Positions 1 to 10,200 of a stretch of DNA of 64,000 nt are shown here, piece by piece; the first letter of the stretch is position 1; every line of letters begins with the position of its first letter. The stretch is from an uncultured Candidatus Poseidoniales archaeon. Its GTDB lineage: Archaea; Thermoplasmatota; Poseidoniia; Poseidoniales; Poseidoniaceae. The translations under genes and the position numbers were made by a program. The stretch spans positions 9,497-73,496 of the forward strand of contig CAYPPO010000002.1 of NCBI GenBank assembly GCA_964412625.1, read 5' to 3'. The notes beneath the pieces are model-generated. The model was not told the origin of the DNA. It searched no databases and was given only the letters and a program-made list of their open reading frames with translations.

Positions 1-984
1 GTAGACTAAGGCCAATAGTAACATGTGCAATCATCAACATGCCGAGATAAATCATGCCTGTTGGATGAATTAAGGCAACACATGAAACAGCGAGTATGAA
101 TCCTCTTGTGTGGTGTGCACCTCTACTCGAGGAGGGTCGTAATAATACGAGAAGGCCAACCACGATTCCTAACTGACTTGCAACAGTAGGGTATCCTGAA
201 TCATAGGCTTTGGCAAATAAGCCTAAACCCAAAGCCATGGTAACAAAAAATTGCCCACCAGCACCATGATGATCCATGGCTCCCGCAGCACCAATAATCA
301 ATACTGCTAACGAATAGTGCCCCAGCTGAAACACAGCCTGACCGGAATCTATCCCGATAGTATCGCCCAACCAACCAGCGAGTGCTGGGAAGGCTGGAGG
401 ATAGGTCCAAGAGCCATTGTTAACTCCAGTCAACACCATATCGCCATGTTCACTAATCTGTCCTGCTAGAACGGCAAATCCGATCCAATCCACGCCAAAA
501 GGCAATTTTTGAAACACGGGTAGTAGAAAGATCCCTAAGCATAAAACACCCCCAACAACGAATCCCAATTTACCCCTATGTGATTGGAACCACTGTTGTG
601 CTGCGACTTCATCCGTGATATCTTGGTCATCGCTTTCCATAACCATACCATGCATGGCTGCTTCTAGTTTCTGCCACTGTGTGAGGCCTTTTTCCTCGTT
701 AATCCGGCGTTTTAAGTGGGCAATCGCCAAGGTGTTCAACAGTAAAATAATCGCCGATGCAAAAGCCCATGTCCATAGGCCTGATAACACCACTAATCCG
801 CAAATACCGTAAACAAGTAAGAGGCCTAATGCTGGACTGAGCATCGCTTTACGCCATTTATCGGCTGTTCCATCGAGCACTTTACAAAGTGCATAACCGG
901 GTATGATGGTTATTGCCAACAATACCGTAGCGGCAACAAACATACTGCGCCCTAAGGCACCAAGGTCTTGACTTTTCGGCCAAT
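1..984 (-). CDS. Integral membrane protein, partial (N-terminal ~315 aa; continues past window start)
   Basis: Manual reverse-complement translation gives an uninterrupted minus-strand frame from ~984 (TTG) or 943 (ATG, MFVAATVLLAITIIPGYALCK...) down to position 1 with no stop. It has multiple hydrophobic helices and Gly/Ala-rich segments. It is absent from the ORF track because it lacks an in-window stop. The listed ORF 201..410 is out of frame within it. Confidence 0.5.
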
Positions 985-1008
985 AATCAATAATATCCGA
1001 CAATTAGC

Positions 1009-1635
1009 GTGGTCATGGCAGAAGGGGAAATGTTATTCCACCCGATAGTCAAACTGCCAAGCCAATATTGGGTTTTTGATTTCACAAAAGGTGTCAATTC
1101 AGAATGGCAATGTCCGCTAGAATACCAGATTGGGCGGTATGATGAGCACCGACCTGGAATGTATACTACAGAGTTATTTGCTGGTGAGCGTGATCTCCAC
1201 GTTGGTCTAGACATTGGGGCACCGGTTGGTACAGAGGTGTTCTGTTTTGCCGAAGGCGTGGTTTTTAGCAAGGGCATAAACCCAGAAGCCGGCTCTTATG
1301 GACCGACCATAATCACACAACATGAGTTAAAACTCCCCGTCTCGGTTGGTTCCAGTGAAACAACTGATGTGGGCAAATTTTGGGTTTTGCACGGCCATCT
1401 ATCTACCAAATCATTAGACATGGTGGAAGTCGGAGATACCGTTGCTCAAGGTCAGGTGATTGCAACTATTGGTGATGAACGTGAGAATGGCGGCTGGCCT
1501 CCTCATATTCATATTCAAATTTCTCTGATTGAACCTGTCGATAATGACCTTCCGGGAGTGGTAAAATTATCAGATAGAGATGAGGCATTAAGCGTCTACT
1601 TAGATCCAAGACTGATCGTCGGTCAACTCTATTGA
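1009..1635 (+). CDS. M23 (LytM-type) metallopeptidase family protein, no signal peptide
   Basis: It has the HxxxD motif (HVGLDIG) and a C-terminal HxH (HIHIQI) separated by a beta-rich region typical of peptidase M23. No N-terminal hydrophobic signal is present. Confidence 0.55.
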   Translation: MVMAEGEMLFHPIVKLPSQYWVFDFTKGVNSEWQCPLEYQIGRYDEHRPGMYTTELFAGERDLHVGLDIGAPVGTEVFCFAEGVVFSKGINPEAGSYGPTIITQHELKLPVSVGSSETTDVGKFWVLHGHLSTKSLDMVEVGDTVAQGQVIATIGDERENGGWPPHIHIQISLIEPVDNDLPGVVKLSDRDEALSVYLDPRLIVGQLY

Positions 1636-2714
1636 TTGGGCTGACTCGATAAGAATTTTTTCAATGAATTAATTGGTCCGATTGAAGAGGGGTCTTTCCC
1701 ATGAACCAAGGCAAGAGCTATCGAAACCCAATCCATAATTATGCACAGGTGTAATAATGCTTCAAGCAACGATTCACCCTCCCCATGAATTCTCCAAGCC
1801 AAGTCGCTAGGGGTATGAGCTATCATCCATTCCAATCTTTTGACAACCTTGGAATGCATACCATTCCAAGTCAAAAATAGCACAACCTGGTCACCAATAC
1901 TAAAGTCAGCATCGTCTCCAACACCACCCCAAGCTACACTTTCATTATGATTCATTTCGGGAAAGATCCCGATTCTAGCAAACCGTGCTGAATTTTCATT
2001 GAGTTGATTTTTGAATCGGTTCAAGGCTGGCATTAATTCAGTAGGGCCGAGTAACGCAATTGGCTGTGTTGCCAAATATGAAATCAATTCGATAAAATCT
2101 GAATCATGTTTCGCCGTAAAGTCGTAGTCATCAACAACAGATTGTAGTCTTTCAAGCATTACTTCATTATCTTCGTCGTCAGGTAAAATTCCAATTCCTT
2201 TGAACAGAGCAAGTTGTCGAGCAAATATATGTCCAAATGCAGACCGAGGTGGTTGGCCACCAATAGAGGGTATGAAATAACAATTGTAGTGGATTTCAGC
2301 CAGCCCAGAAAGTATGCCGCCAGTTGAGATGACAATAACTGTGGCACCGGCCTGGAGGGCAATTTCTGTTGCATCAATCGCCTCCTCGGTATTCCCACTG
2401 TGCGAGGTAGAGATAACCAACCATTTTTCATTCCACCAAGATGGAATGACATAATCGCGTTGAACTACGACGGGAACTTTACCCTTTAGATTACATAAAG
2501 CAGAGAGGAAATCTCCGCCTGCAGCAGAACCTCCCATGCCTAGTGCCAAAACACCTTGCCAATCAGTATTGCCAATTTCTTCCATCCATGGATAGCGTTC
2601 CAAGGTAACGTTTCTGAAACCCTTGCGAATATCCTCAACAAATACACGCGTGAATCCAATCATATCCTCACTGTCGAGCACTGTTGCTAACTCGTTAAGA
2701 TTGATATCCGCCAT
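1629..2714 (-). CDS. pgi: Bifunctional phosphoglucose/phosphomannose isomerase (SIS-domain, archaeal type)
   Basis: The GMGGSAAGGDFL SIS motif and overall length and pattern match the archaeal PGI/PMI family. Confidence 0.6.
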   Translation of the reverse strand: MADINLNELATVLDSEDMIGFTRVFVEDIRKGFRNVTLERYPWMEEIGNTDWQGVLALGMGGSAAGGDFLSALCNLKGKVPVVVQRDYVIPSWWNEKWLVISTSHSGNTEEAIDATEIALQAGATVIVISTGGILSGLAEIHYNCYFIPSIGGQPPRSAFGHIFARQLALFKGIGILPDDEDNEVMLERLQSVVDDYDFTAKHDSDFIELISYLATQPIALLGPTELMPALNRFKNQLNENSARFARIGIFPEMNHNESVAWGGVGDDADFSIGDQVVLFLTWNGMHSKVVKRLEWMIAHTPSDLAWRIHGEGESLLEALLHLCIIMDWVSIALALVHGKDPSSIGPINSLKKFLSSQPNQ

Positions 2715-2739
2715 CAGGGGATGATGTAGTTCATCCTTT

Positions 2740-3810
2740 TTACTCTATACCACTATTTTCATCAATTGCCATGCTATGCAAAGCAATCCATTCACCGTCA
2801 ATACGGGTAATTCTGACAGATACTCTACCATTATGATCCCAAGGTAGTCTAACCGATGTCATTATCCAAGTGGTTGGATCGAGGAATTCACCGACTGAGG
2901 AATCCTGATTTATCAAATCAACAACAATATGCTCTGACATTCGAGATTTGACTTGTGAGGTTTCTAAATCTCGCCAACTCGCACCAGTTCTTTCTTGTCG
3001 GTCAACTCGTTCCAAGATTGCACCGTCTTTGGTCCAGGATGACGGCCTCCACAGATTATCGCGCCAACTTACAACATCGCCGAGCTCATAACCAGGTTTT
3101 CGGTATAGCAGTGTTAGCCGAGTTACATCGATTCCGTCTTTGCGGCCGACGGTTGAATTTGTCTCAACAACTTGTCCGCCATACTCTTTTGTTAGGTGCC
3201 TACCCCAAGCCCTAGCAAGACCTTTACTGCCCATTACCACGTCATAACCCCCAGTCACAGGCCCCTCATTAGTGATGAAGAACATGGGGTCGTCGGATAA
3301 CGATTCTTTGACAATATCCAAAGTCGCTCGTAGATTTTGAAATTCCTCTTCACTTAATTTTCTACCAGTAGAGCGAAGTTGGACAGTTGCTTCATAGTAA
3401 TTACCTGCTCTGCGAGTGCAGGTTAAACAGACCCCATTTGCCATTCTTGCACGCATTGTGTGCTCTTCTTGGAATAGTAGCGATTCAATAACAGCCTCTA
3501 ATTGAAGATAAATTAGCGTGTGTCTATCAGATATTGTTCTTGTTTCAACTCCGATAGCAATATCTTCAGCATCAACATGAAATTTTAGATTCCGTTGAAT
3601 CAATTCGTCCCAAACCTCATCTTCACTAATTTTTACCCACTTGCCTTGAATCTCAACAATACCGCATCTTGCACATCTTACCCAAGGTACATTCTCAGGC
3701 ACCTCTGCTAATTTGATGCGTTTACGCAAACATGCCTCGCACATACGGTCGCCAAACAATGGTGGTGGGGCGCCACACACAATACAGAAATCTGCCCCTA
3801 GTTCTGACAT
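2740..3810 (-). CDS. nmd3: NMD3-family protein (ribosomal large-subunit export/biogenesis factor homologue)
   Basis: The N-terminus carries three CxxC pairs (FCIVCG, CEAC, CARCG) with NMD3-like spacing. The size of 356 aa is typical of archaeal NMD3. Confidence 0.55.
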   Translation of the reverse strand: MSELGADFCIVCGAPPPLFGDRMCEACLRKRIKLAEVPENVPWVRCARCGIVEIQGKWVKISEDEVWDELIQRNLKFHVDAEDIAIGVETRTISDRHTLIYLQLEAVIESLLFQEEHTMRARMANGVCLTCTRRAGNYYEATVQLRSTGRKLSEEEFQNLRATLDIVKESLSDDPMFFITNEGPVTGGYDVVMGSKGLARAWGRHLTKEYGGQVVETNSTVGRKDGIDVTRLTLLYRKPGYELGDVVSWRDNLWRPSSWTKDGAILERVDRQERTGASWRDLETSQVKSRMSEHIVVDLINQDSSVGEFLDPTTWIMTSVRLPWDHNGRVSVRITRIDGEWIALHSMAIDENSGIE

Positions 3811-3862
3811 GGCTTCACCAAAGAGTCCTGTAAGCCCTTATGTTTCAAGTTGTAGCATGAAA

Positions 3863-4048
3863 TTACTCATCACTGTCATTTAACGGAACGGTTGATTCGG
3901 ATTCATCGTACTTTACTTTGAGAGTTTGCTCCATTGCGGTAATCCTTGAGGCTAATCTTTTGTTGCGTGAGACAATTGTCCAAGTCCAAATTCCAATACC
4001 GATAATCATCCCAATATAAGCGATTGAAAGGTAGGTTCTATCTTCCAT
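3863..4048 (-). CDS. Small single-pass membrane protein, possible CcmD-like heme exporter subunit
   Basis: It is 61 aa with one hydrophobic helix followed by a basic stretch. It lies immediately downstream of ccmC in the same orientation. The assignment is by position and size only. Confidence 0.3.
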   Translation of the reverse strand: MEDRTYLSIAYIGMIIGIGIWTWTIVSRNKRLASRITAMEQTLKVKYDESESTVPLNDSDE

Positions 4049-4747
4049 TCACTCACCATCAATTATGCGTTGAAGACGGTTAATCCTCTGCTCAAACCGA
4101 GTTATTTGAATGGAGGTAATAATATGTCCGATAACCATTAGGGTGAATGAAATTACTCCGACATAAAATGCTAGTCTCATCTCAAGGGAAATTGAACTTG
4201 CATCGTCACCGGCAATAATCGGTCCCGGGTGCCGAATAACCCAAATTCTGGTTACCAAATAGGTAAAAGGTACCAAAACGAAACCGTAGAAACCAAAGGT
4301 TGCGAATGTATCTCGACTTTCAACACCGTCAGGTTGACTTCTTCGACCAAGCACAAGGAATACGGCTAGCAGTGTGAGTAGCGCGAACGAATTGAGGCGA
4401 TAATCCTGCCAGTCCCATGGAGTGCCCCATTCTGCAGCACCCCACACGCAGCCGGACCAAACAGCGATTAAGCCACAAGCTAGACCGGCTTCAGAGCCAG
4501 CGATGTGAAGTTTCCAGCCAAGTTCATTGCGCTTGAATAGCCACATAGCAGAGCCGGCAAATAACACACTAAAAGATATGAAAGCAGCCCACGCAGCGGG
4601 TACATGCCAATAAAAAATGCGCTGCGCTTCAGGAGATTCAAACGCGTTTATATTTACGCTGGGGACCCAGTTGAAGGCGAGAAACAGGGTAATAATTAAG
4701 CCGGAAAATCCGGCAATGAGGAACAACTCACCTCTGCGCTCTCCCAT
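4049..4747 (-). CDS. ccmC: Heme exporter protein C (CcmC, cytochrome c maturation system I)
   Basis: It has a strongly conserved FYWHVPAAW segment and a Trp-rich WWD-type motif (WGTPWDWQDYRLNS). It has multiple TM helices and is 232 aa. Confidence 0.75.
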   Translation of the reverse strand: MGERRGELFLIAGFSGLIITLFLAFNWVPSVNINAFESPEAQRIFYWHVPAAWAAFISFSVLFAGSAMWLFKRNELGWKLHIAGSEAGLACGLIAVWSGCVWGAAEWGTPWDWQDYRLNSFALLTLLAVFLVLGRRSQPDGVESRDTFATFGFYGFVLVPFTYLVTRIWVIRHPGPIIAGDDASSISLEMRLAFYVGVISFTLMVIGHIITSIQITRFEQRINRLQRIIDGE

Positions 4748-4783
4748 AATTATGCCTCATTCGCTTACCTTTTGAACTTAAGG

Positions 4784-6001
4784 TTACAAGCGTGCACAGT
4801 AATCGACGACAAGGCCCCAAGGAAGAATCAAGACCGGGGTTAACAGTCTAATAAAAACAGCATTATTGCGCGGCAGTCTCACAGTACTCATTTGCAGAAA
4901 TCTTACGATATATGATGTCGTCAAAGTAATTAATCCACCAATGAGGATTATTCGATAATCCATTGACTGAATGAAGATTTGCATAGCAATGCCGGTGAAT
5001 ATGAAACCACTAATTATGCTTTCAAGATATGAATTAGGTACCGAGCTATTCTGTGCGCGCCACCAATCTATCGCTCTTTGTTCATTGAGAATTTTGAACA
5101 CCGGATCTCCAACCAAGCCCATGGTAAAGGCCGGTGCAAGGGTAAAACCCATCAAAATCAACTGACTATCAGATAACGTAAGCGGGTCTACAATCGACAG
5201 CAAGCAACCCATTACCAAGAGCGCAGATAACCAATTTCTCTGGATTGAAACAAGCGTGTTTAGGTTTAGATTCCAGCCAATTTTCGTCCTTAGGAACGGG
5301 TAGGATTTTTCGGTGGCGTCAACCTCCCAAGTTTCGCTATAATCAGGTTGTTGATTTATCGCCTCGCTTAGATTATGTAATGATGTGGCACATTCTCTTA
5401 TCCTTTTGTCATGTGATGCAATTATAATTCCATGACCTAAGTTCCTCAGTTGATGTATTTGTTCAACTAAGACTTCAATCGACGCATCATCAAGCCCCGA
5501 GTCTGGCTCATCCAATAAAATCAAACATTTTTCATCACTAACCATTCCAGGTATTAAACCACAAATAACTGCAACTTTTCTCTGCTGCCCACCTGAAAGA
5601 TGAGCGATTTTGTCATTCCTGCGGTTGCCAATATTATATCGCTCTAGAACAGATTTAAAATCGTAAGATTTGCCACATAGAGCGACAACACTGTCCAGTT
5701 GTTGTTGAATTGTTTGACTTGGCACCAAACAATTCGCTTGGAGGGTTAAGCCGAACGGCGTGACTGGATTCTTTCTCCGACCTTCTGCGTCACATACCAG
5801 ACGGCCATTGTGTCTTACTGCACCTTCTTCAAGAGGTAATAATCGGGCAGCAGTCTCTATTATGGTCGATTTGCCAATCCCGTTTTCACCATAGAGAACC
5901 ACACAATCACCACCGTTAACCGTTAGGGAAAAATTGTGCAACACAACGCCCATACCGCGACGAACTGTGACCTTATCCAGTTCCAACACAGGCTCTGCCA
6001 T
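4784..6001 (-). CDS. ABC transporter ATPase fused to a C-terminal permease domain (CcmA/CcmB-like heme exporter)
   Basis: It has Walker A (GENGIGKST), ABC signature (LSGGQQRK) and Walker B (ILLDEPDSGLD). The C-terminal ~180 aa are hydrophobic multi-TM. It lies directly upstream of ccmC. Confidence 0.55.
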   Translation of the reverse strand: MAEPVLELDKVTVRRGMGVVLHNFSLTVNGGDCVVLYGENGIGKSTIIETAARLLPLEEGAVRHNGRLVCDAEGRRKNPVTPFGLTLQANCLVPSQTIQQQLDSVVALCGKSYDFKSVLERYNIGNRRNDKIAHLSGGQQRKVAVICGLIPGMVSDEKCLILLDEPDSGLDDASIEVLVEQIHQLRNLGHGIIIASHDKRIRECATSLHNLSEAINQQPDYSETWEVDATEKSYPFLRTKIGWNLNLNTLVSIQRNWLSALLVMGCLLSIVDPLTLSDSQLILMGFTLAPAFTMGLVGDPVFKILNEQRAIDWWRAQNSSVPNSYLESIISGFIFTGIAMQIFIQSMDYRIILIGGLITLTTSYIVRFLQMSTVRLPRNNAVFIRLLTPVLILPWGLVVDYCARL

Positions 6002-6089
6002 GAAGTAGCCATTGGCTGAACAGCAATGAATGCTACCATTTGTCTACAATTCTGCACTAGTTCAAAAATGGTAAGCCCTAAGCATTACC

Positions 6090-7130
6090 ATGGCCGCCCA
6101 GTTTACGCAGTTTAATGTGGCTGAAAGTTGCCTGTTCATACTTTGGATTGTTGCGATTTTGTGGCCGTTAATTTATGCGTTTCGACATAAAACCTCCTTC
6201 GCCCTTTCGATGACAGTTAGTTTGCTGCTTGGATACTTAGTGCAGGTAGTTTGGTCATTGATGTATAACCTAGATTTTGTCACAGTTTGGTTATGGGAAG
6301 ATCTATGGATGAGGCCTACCGAAGCTTCTGAACCGTCGGGCTGGATAACCTTCGTGTCCGCAGGTTTTTTGCACAGTCAGTTTAACGCCACTCACGTCTT
6401 GGGGAACATTCTGGTAATTTCGCTTGTTGGAATACCGTTGGAACAAAGGCTAGGAAGGAATCGTTTTGTGGCGATATATTTCATTGGTTTAGTTGGTGGC
6501 TCCATAGCATGGTTTCTGTTTAACATTGACTCCTCCAGGCCAGCGCTTGGTGCCTCTGGAGCGGCATTTGGGCTGTTTGGTGCGTACTTGGCTGGCTGGC
6601 CAAAAGATGAAATTCCGTTTCCATTGATTCTAATAAGAAAATGGCCAGTGTTTTATCTGGCTTTGATTTATTTCGGTTTAGAGGTTGTCAGGGCGTATTC
6701 TACCTATGGCTTAGATAGGCCGAGCGATGTGGGTTACATGGCGCATTTGGGCGGCTTCATAATTGCATATGTGATGCTACCGGTAGTTGCTAAAGGGGGA
6801 CCGGTTCCATTGGGTATTGAAGATGGTGGGCCTTCATCATCAAGTGAAGTGATAAACCGCCTCAAACAAATTAAACAGCAAATGAAGGATTTGTCAGAAA
6901 TCGGTAATCCGTGGGAGTCACAGAATTATGAACTCCCAAAACGACTCAGGGACCCAGTGAAGAGTTTGATGGAATCAAGTGATGAACCGGAGACAAGATT
7001 GGCATGGATGGAACACATTGCAGATCTTTCAACATGCCCCAACTGTGCAACCAAACTAGGTGTTGTTGAGCGTTCAGATGGCCCACATTTGCAATGTTCT
7101 AATGATCCCGAACATTTCAACTGGCCATAA
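6090..7130 (+). CDS. Rhomboid-family intramembrane serine protease with C-terminal zinc-ribbon
   Basis: It has the GASGAAFGLFG catalytic Ser motif in a TM helix and a later HLGGF His helix. It has at least 6 TM segments. The C-terminal soluble tail carries CPNC...HLQC..PEH. Confidence 0.75.
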   Translation: MAAQFTQFNVAESCLFILWIVAILWPLIYAFRHKTSFALSMTVSLLLGYLVQVVWSLMYNLDFVTVWLWEDLWMRPTEASEPSGWITFVSAGFLHSQFNATHVLGNILVISLVGIPLEQRLGRNRFVAIYFIGLVGGSIAWFLFNIDSSRPALGASGAAFGLFGAYLAGWPKDEIPFPLILIRKWPVFYLALIYFGLEVVRAYSTYGLDRPSDVGYMAHLGGFIIAYVMLPVVAKGGPVPLGIEDGGPSSSSEVINRLKQIKQQMKDLSEIGNPWESQNYELPKRLRDPVKSLMESSDEPETRLAWMEHIADLSTCPNCATKLGVVERSDGPHLQCSNDPEHFNWP

Positions 7131-7132
7131 TT

Positions 7133-7158
7133 CCCCAAACCCCCTAAGGGGGTTGGGG
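7133..7158 (+). terminator. GC-rich stem-loop (CCCCAAACCCCC-taa-GGGGGTTGGGG), candidate intrinsic terminator or regulatory hairpin
   Basis: It is read directly from the sequence. The ~11-bp stem has 9 G:C pairs, a 1-nt bulge and a 3-nt loop. It starts 3 nt after the rhomboid stop codon in an otherwise AT-rich spacer. No downstream T-tract is present. Confidence 0.35.
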
Positions 7159-7228
7159 AACACTCGAGAAAAGGATACTATCAAAACATGAGTAACTCTC
7201 AGGTTAACTGTCGAAGGGGTTTATTTCA

Positions 7229-10200
7229 ATGAGTTCTGTAATGGGTTTGCGCCGCTCAGCGATTTTTATCGTCTTGATTTTCTTGGTTGCTAGTTGCTCT
7301 TCTGCTGCATCATCAGTGACTGCTGAAAGCGAAAACACCTCCCAGAATTCATATCCAATTACCCATGGAGAGCCGATTTTGATTGACGGCCTGCCGCCCT
7401 TGATGTGCGGTGAGGAATTGTGCGATAGACCTCTCAGATTAAACCTCAGAGGCGATATGCCAGCCTCTGAGAAAGAGGGTTGGTGGCTTGCCTACGGTCC
7501 AGATTTAGATTGGAACGGCATGGATGATCGCTTGCAGAGAGTGATCGCCGGATTTGATTCAATATCGCCAACCGCAATCGTTGGTGATGATGGTAGAGAT
7601 ACTGTCGCAATCGTGGTTGACTATGCTTGGCACCCTACAGAAACCGAAGTTGAGCAGTTGCAGGCAGTACTAGACCAACATGGTTGGATTGGTATAGACT
7701 CAGGCGCATGGTTTAACCAGCCAGAAAGTATTGATTCAATTGTTGTTGATAAAGTTCCAGTCAGTGCATTAATGGATATTTATCACCTCAACGGAGTGGT
7801 AGTAATTGAGATGCAAAATGTCATGGTTCCAACTAATGATGTTGCTGGAAAAGCTACACGCGCCATGCCATCAGAAGTTTACGCTGAAACTGCTTATGAG
7901 CGGGGATATTCCGGGGATGGTGTAGTGATAGCAGTCTTGGATACTGGAGTCGACAACGAGCATCGCTCGCTAAATGATTTTGATGACCAAGATGATGCTC
8001 CCGATACCAATCCCCTCTCTTATGACGATCACAAATGGGTTGCAGGATATGACGCAACTTCAGCTGCAGCCAATCCAGACGGCACTCAAGACCCAGATGA
8101 TGGGCAAGGCCACGGAACCCATGTTGCAGGTTCGGCCCTTGGAACTGGCGACTCATCCAGAGTTCACAGAGGTACGGCACCGGGGGCATATCTTGTCGAT
8201 ATCAAAGTTTTAACAGATGCTGGAGGAACTAACTCTCAGTATTCCATCAGCGGTATCCAATGGATGATAAACAACGCCGACACCGACTGGGGGCACAACT
8301 CCTCGAGTAGAGGTATTCAAATCGGATCCATGTCCTTCGGCTCGGTTTCTTCCCCATTAAACCCGGGTGATGAGGGCGATAATGGAACTGGTGGTGAAGC
8401 CAGACTCATCAACAACGCCACTGAAAATGCCGATATTGTTTGCGTTATTGCTATGGGTAATGACGGCTCAAAGCGAGTCCCATCACCAGCGAGTGCTGAT
8501 TTGGGCTTTGCAGTTTCATCTGCTTCAGACTTTGGCACAACTAACAGAACCAATGACGGAATCTCAAGTTTCACTAATTATGGGCCAAGACTCGATGATG
8601 GTGACGACAATGAGTGGGACGAACTCAAACCCGACATTTCATCGTATGGTTCGAATATTATTTCGGCCACTGCAGCTACTGGTACTTCTTTCCCGGGAGC
8701 GCCGAGACCCGAAGCTGATTCAGATTATGACGAGAAAGATGGTACCAGTATGGCAACTCCAATCGCATCTGGTATCGTTGCGTTAGTTAGAGAAGCAGCC
8801 CCCTCTTTGAGTGCTTTCGAAGTGATGGATGTTATCAGAAATTCCTCTGAAGTTAGAGATAAGCCAGCAAATACGGTTTCCGACCGCTGGCATGAGAAAT
8901 GGGGTTTCGGACTTATCGATGCTTCATGTGCGATTGATTTTGCGCTGAATCAGCCTTGTACTCCGCTAGAGGATACCGGCGTGGTCAACCCTCCGCCAAG
9001 CGGTAATGGTTCAGGCGATTTCGTATCTATCAGCCAGCCATCAAATGACACATGGTGGTTGGAAGGCAATACGGCAACAATTTCAGGGACAACTGATTTT
9101 CCATCAAGCGAGCAATTTGATCAGGTCCAAGTACGCATTGTCCAATTCTTGGAATCCGGCACTGAGCGGGAATTAAAACCATGGACAATCGCTGGTGGCG
9201 AGATAGATAATTGGAACTTGAATGTAAATGTTCTAGAAGATTGGGTTCAAGCAGATGAAGAATATGTTATTGTTAGCGTCAAGCTATATGATACGGTGTC
9301 CCAGTCAGAATCAAATATTGACTTTAGAGTCATCAATTTGGCTCGAATGCAAGTTACGATTGCTAGCCCATCAGTGGGACAGAGTGTTAGCGGAATGGTT
9401 GAATTTAGCGGAACGGTAGATGGCGTTCAACACGATTACATGGAGTACAAAGTCGATAATGGGGCATGGGAATTTGCCACAGATTTACCTGAGTTGGAAG
9501 TTGGAAGTCAAGATTGGTCTTTCAATTGGGATTCGACGACAGTGACTGACGGTTCGACACGCTTGAGTTTCCGCATGGTCAATGAGTCAGGCGTCAAAAC
9601 TGATGATATCCGACGTACTATTGACGTTGATAACATGCCAGCAGCACCGGATTTTGTGTTTACTGGTGTCGTTGAGGTACTAGATGAAGTTGGACTTCCA
9701 GTACAGTCTGCGGTTGCTGGCTCAATATTGACTATGAAATTCACCATAGAGAATGTTGGCGACCTTGATGCCGACAACGTATTCATCAAACTTGACGCTC
9801 CAGGCGATAATTCTGATGTTTATCCGTCTGACACAACTATTTCGAACCTAGACGACGGAGAAGAGGCAGAAATAACTCTCTACTGGTGGGCAACAGAGGT
9901 AGGACTGCATACAGTGACTTTGGCGATTGACCCGACAATGAACTATGATGACCCTAACCCTGAGGATAATTCATACAGTTTCACCTTTGAAGTAGAAGAA
10001 CGTCCAGAGGAGCCAACATTACGGTTCATGCAAGGCGCCTACCAAACCTTACCACTCATACCAATACCAGGTGAACAATATACCATAATTGTTCGAGTTG
10101 ACAACCTTGGTCAAAATGATGCAGCAGGTCTGACCCTGACACTGTATACGAAGCTCTCAGATGGATGGAATGATATTGGTCAGGATATTATTACGGTAAT

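Noticed and set aside
201-410. 69-aa ORF from the track on the minus strand
   Set aside because: It lies out of frame inside the long uninterrupted minus-strand membrane-protein ORF (1..984) that I verified by manual translation. It has odd Cys/Trp-rich composition and is a spurious frame.
987-1277. 96-aa minus-strand ORF
   Set aside because: It is antisense to, and fully overlapped by, the M23 peptidase gene, which has conserved HxxxD/HxH motifs. It is a shadow ORF.
7854-8786. Several 80-140-aa ORFs on both strands inside the subtilase gene
   Set aside because: They overlap a gene with an unambiguous catalytic triad. Their low-complexity, biased composition is typical of alternative-frame artefacts. 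The same reasoning applies to the many antisense ORFs inside the other giant genes (17384-20244, 21895-24513, 33102-35219, 45331-49914, 53049-54425).
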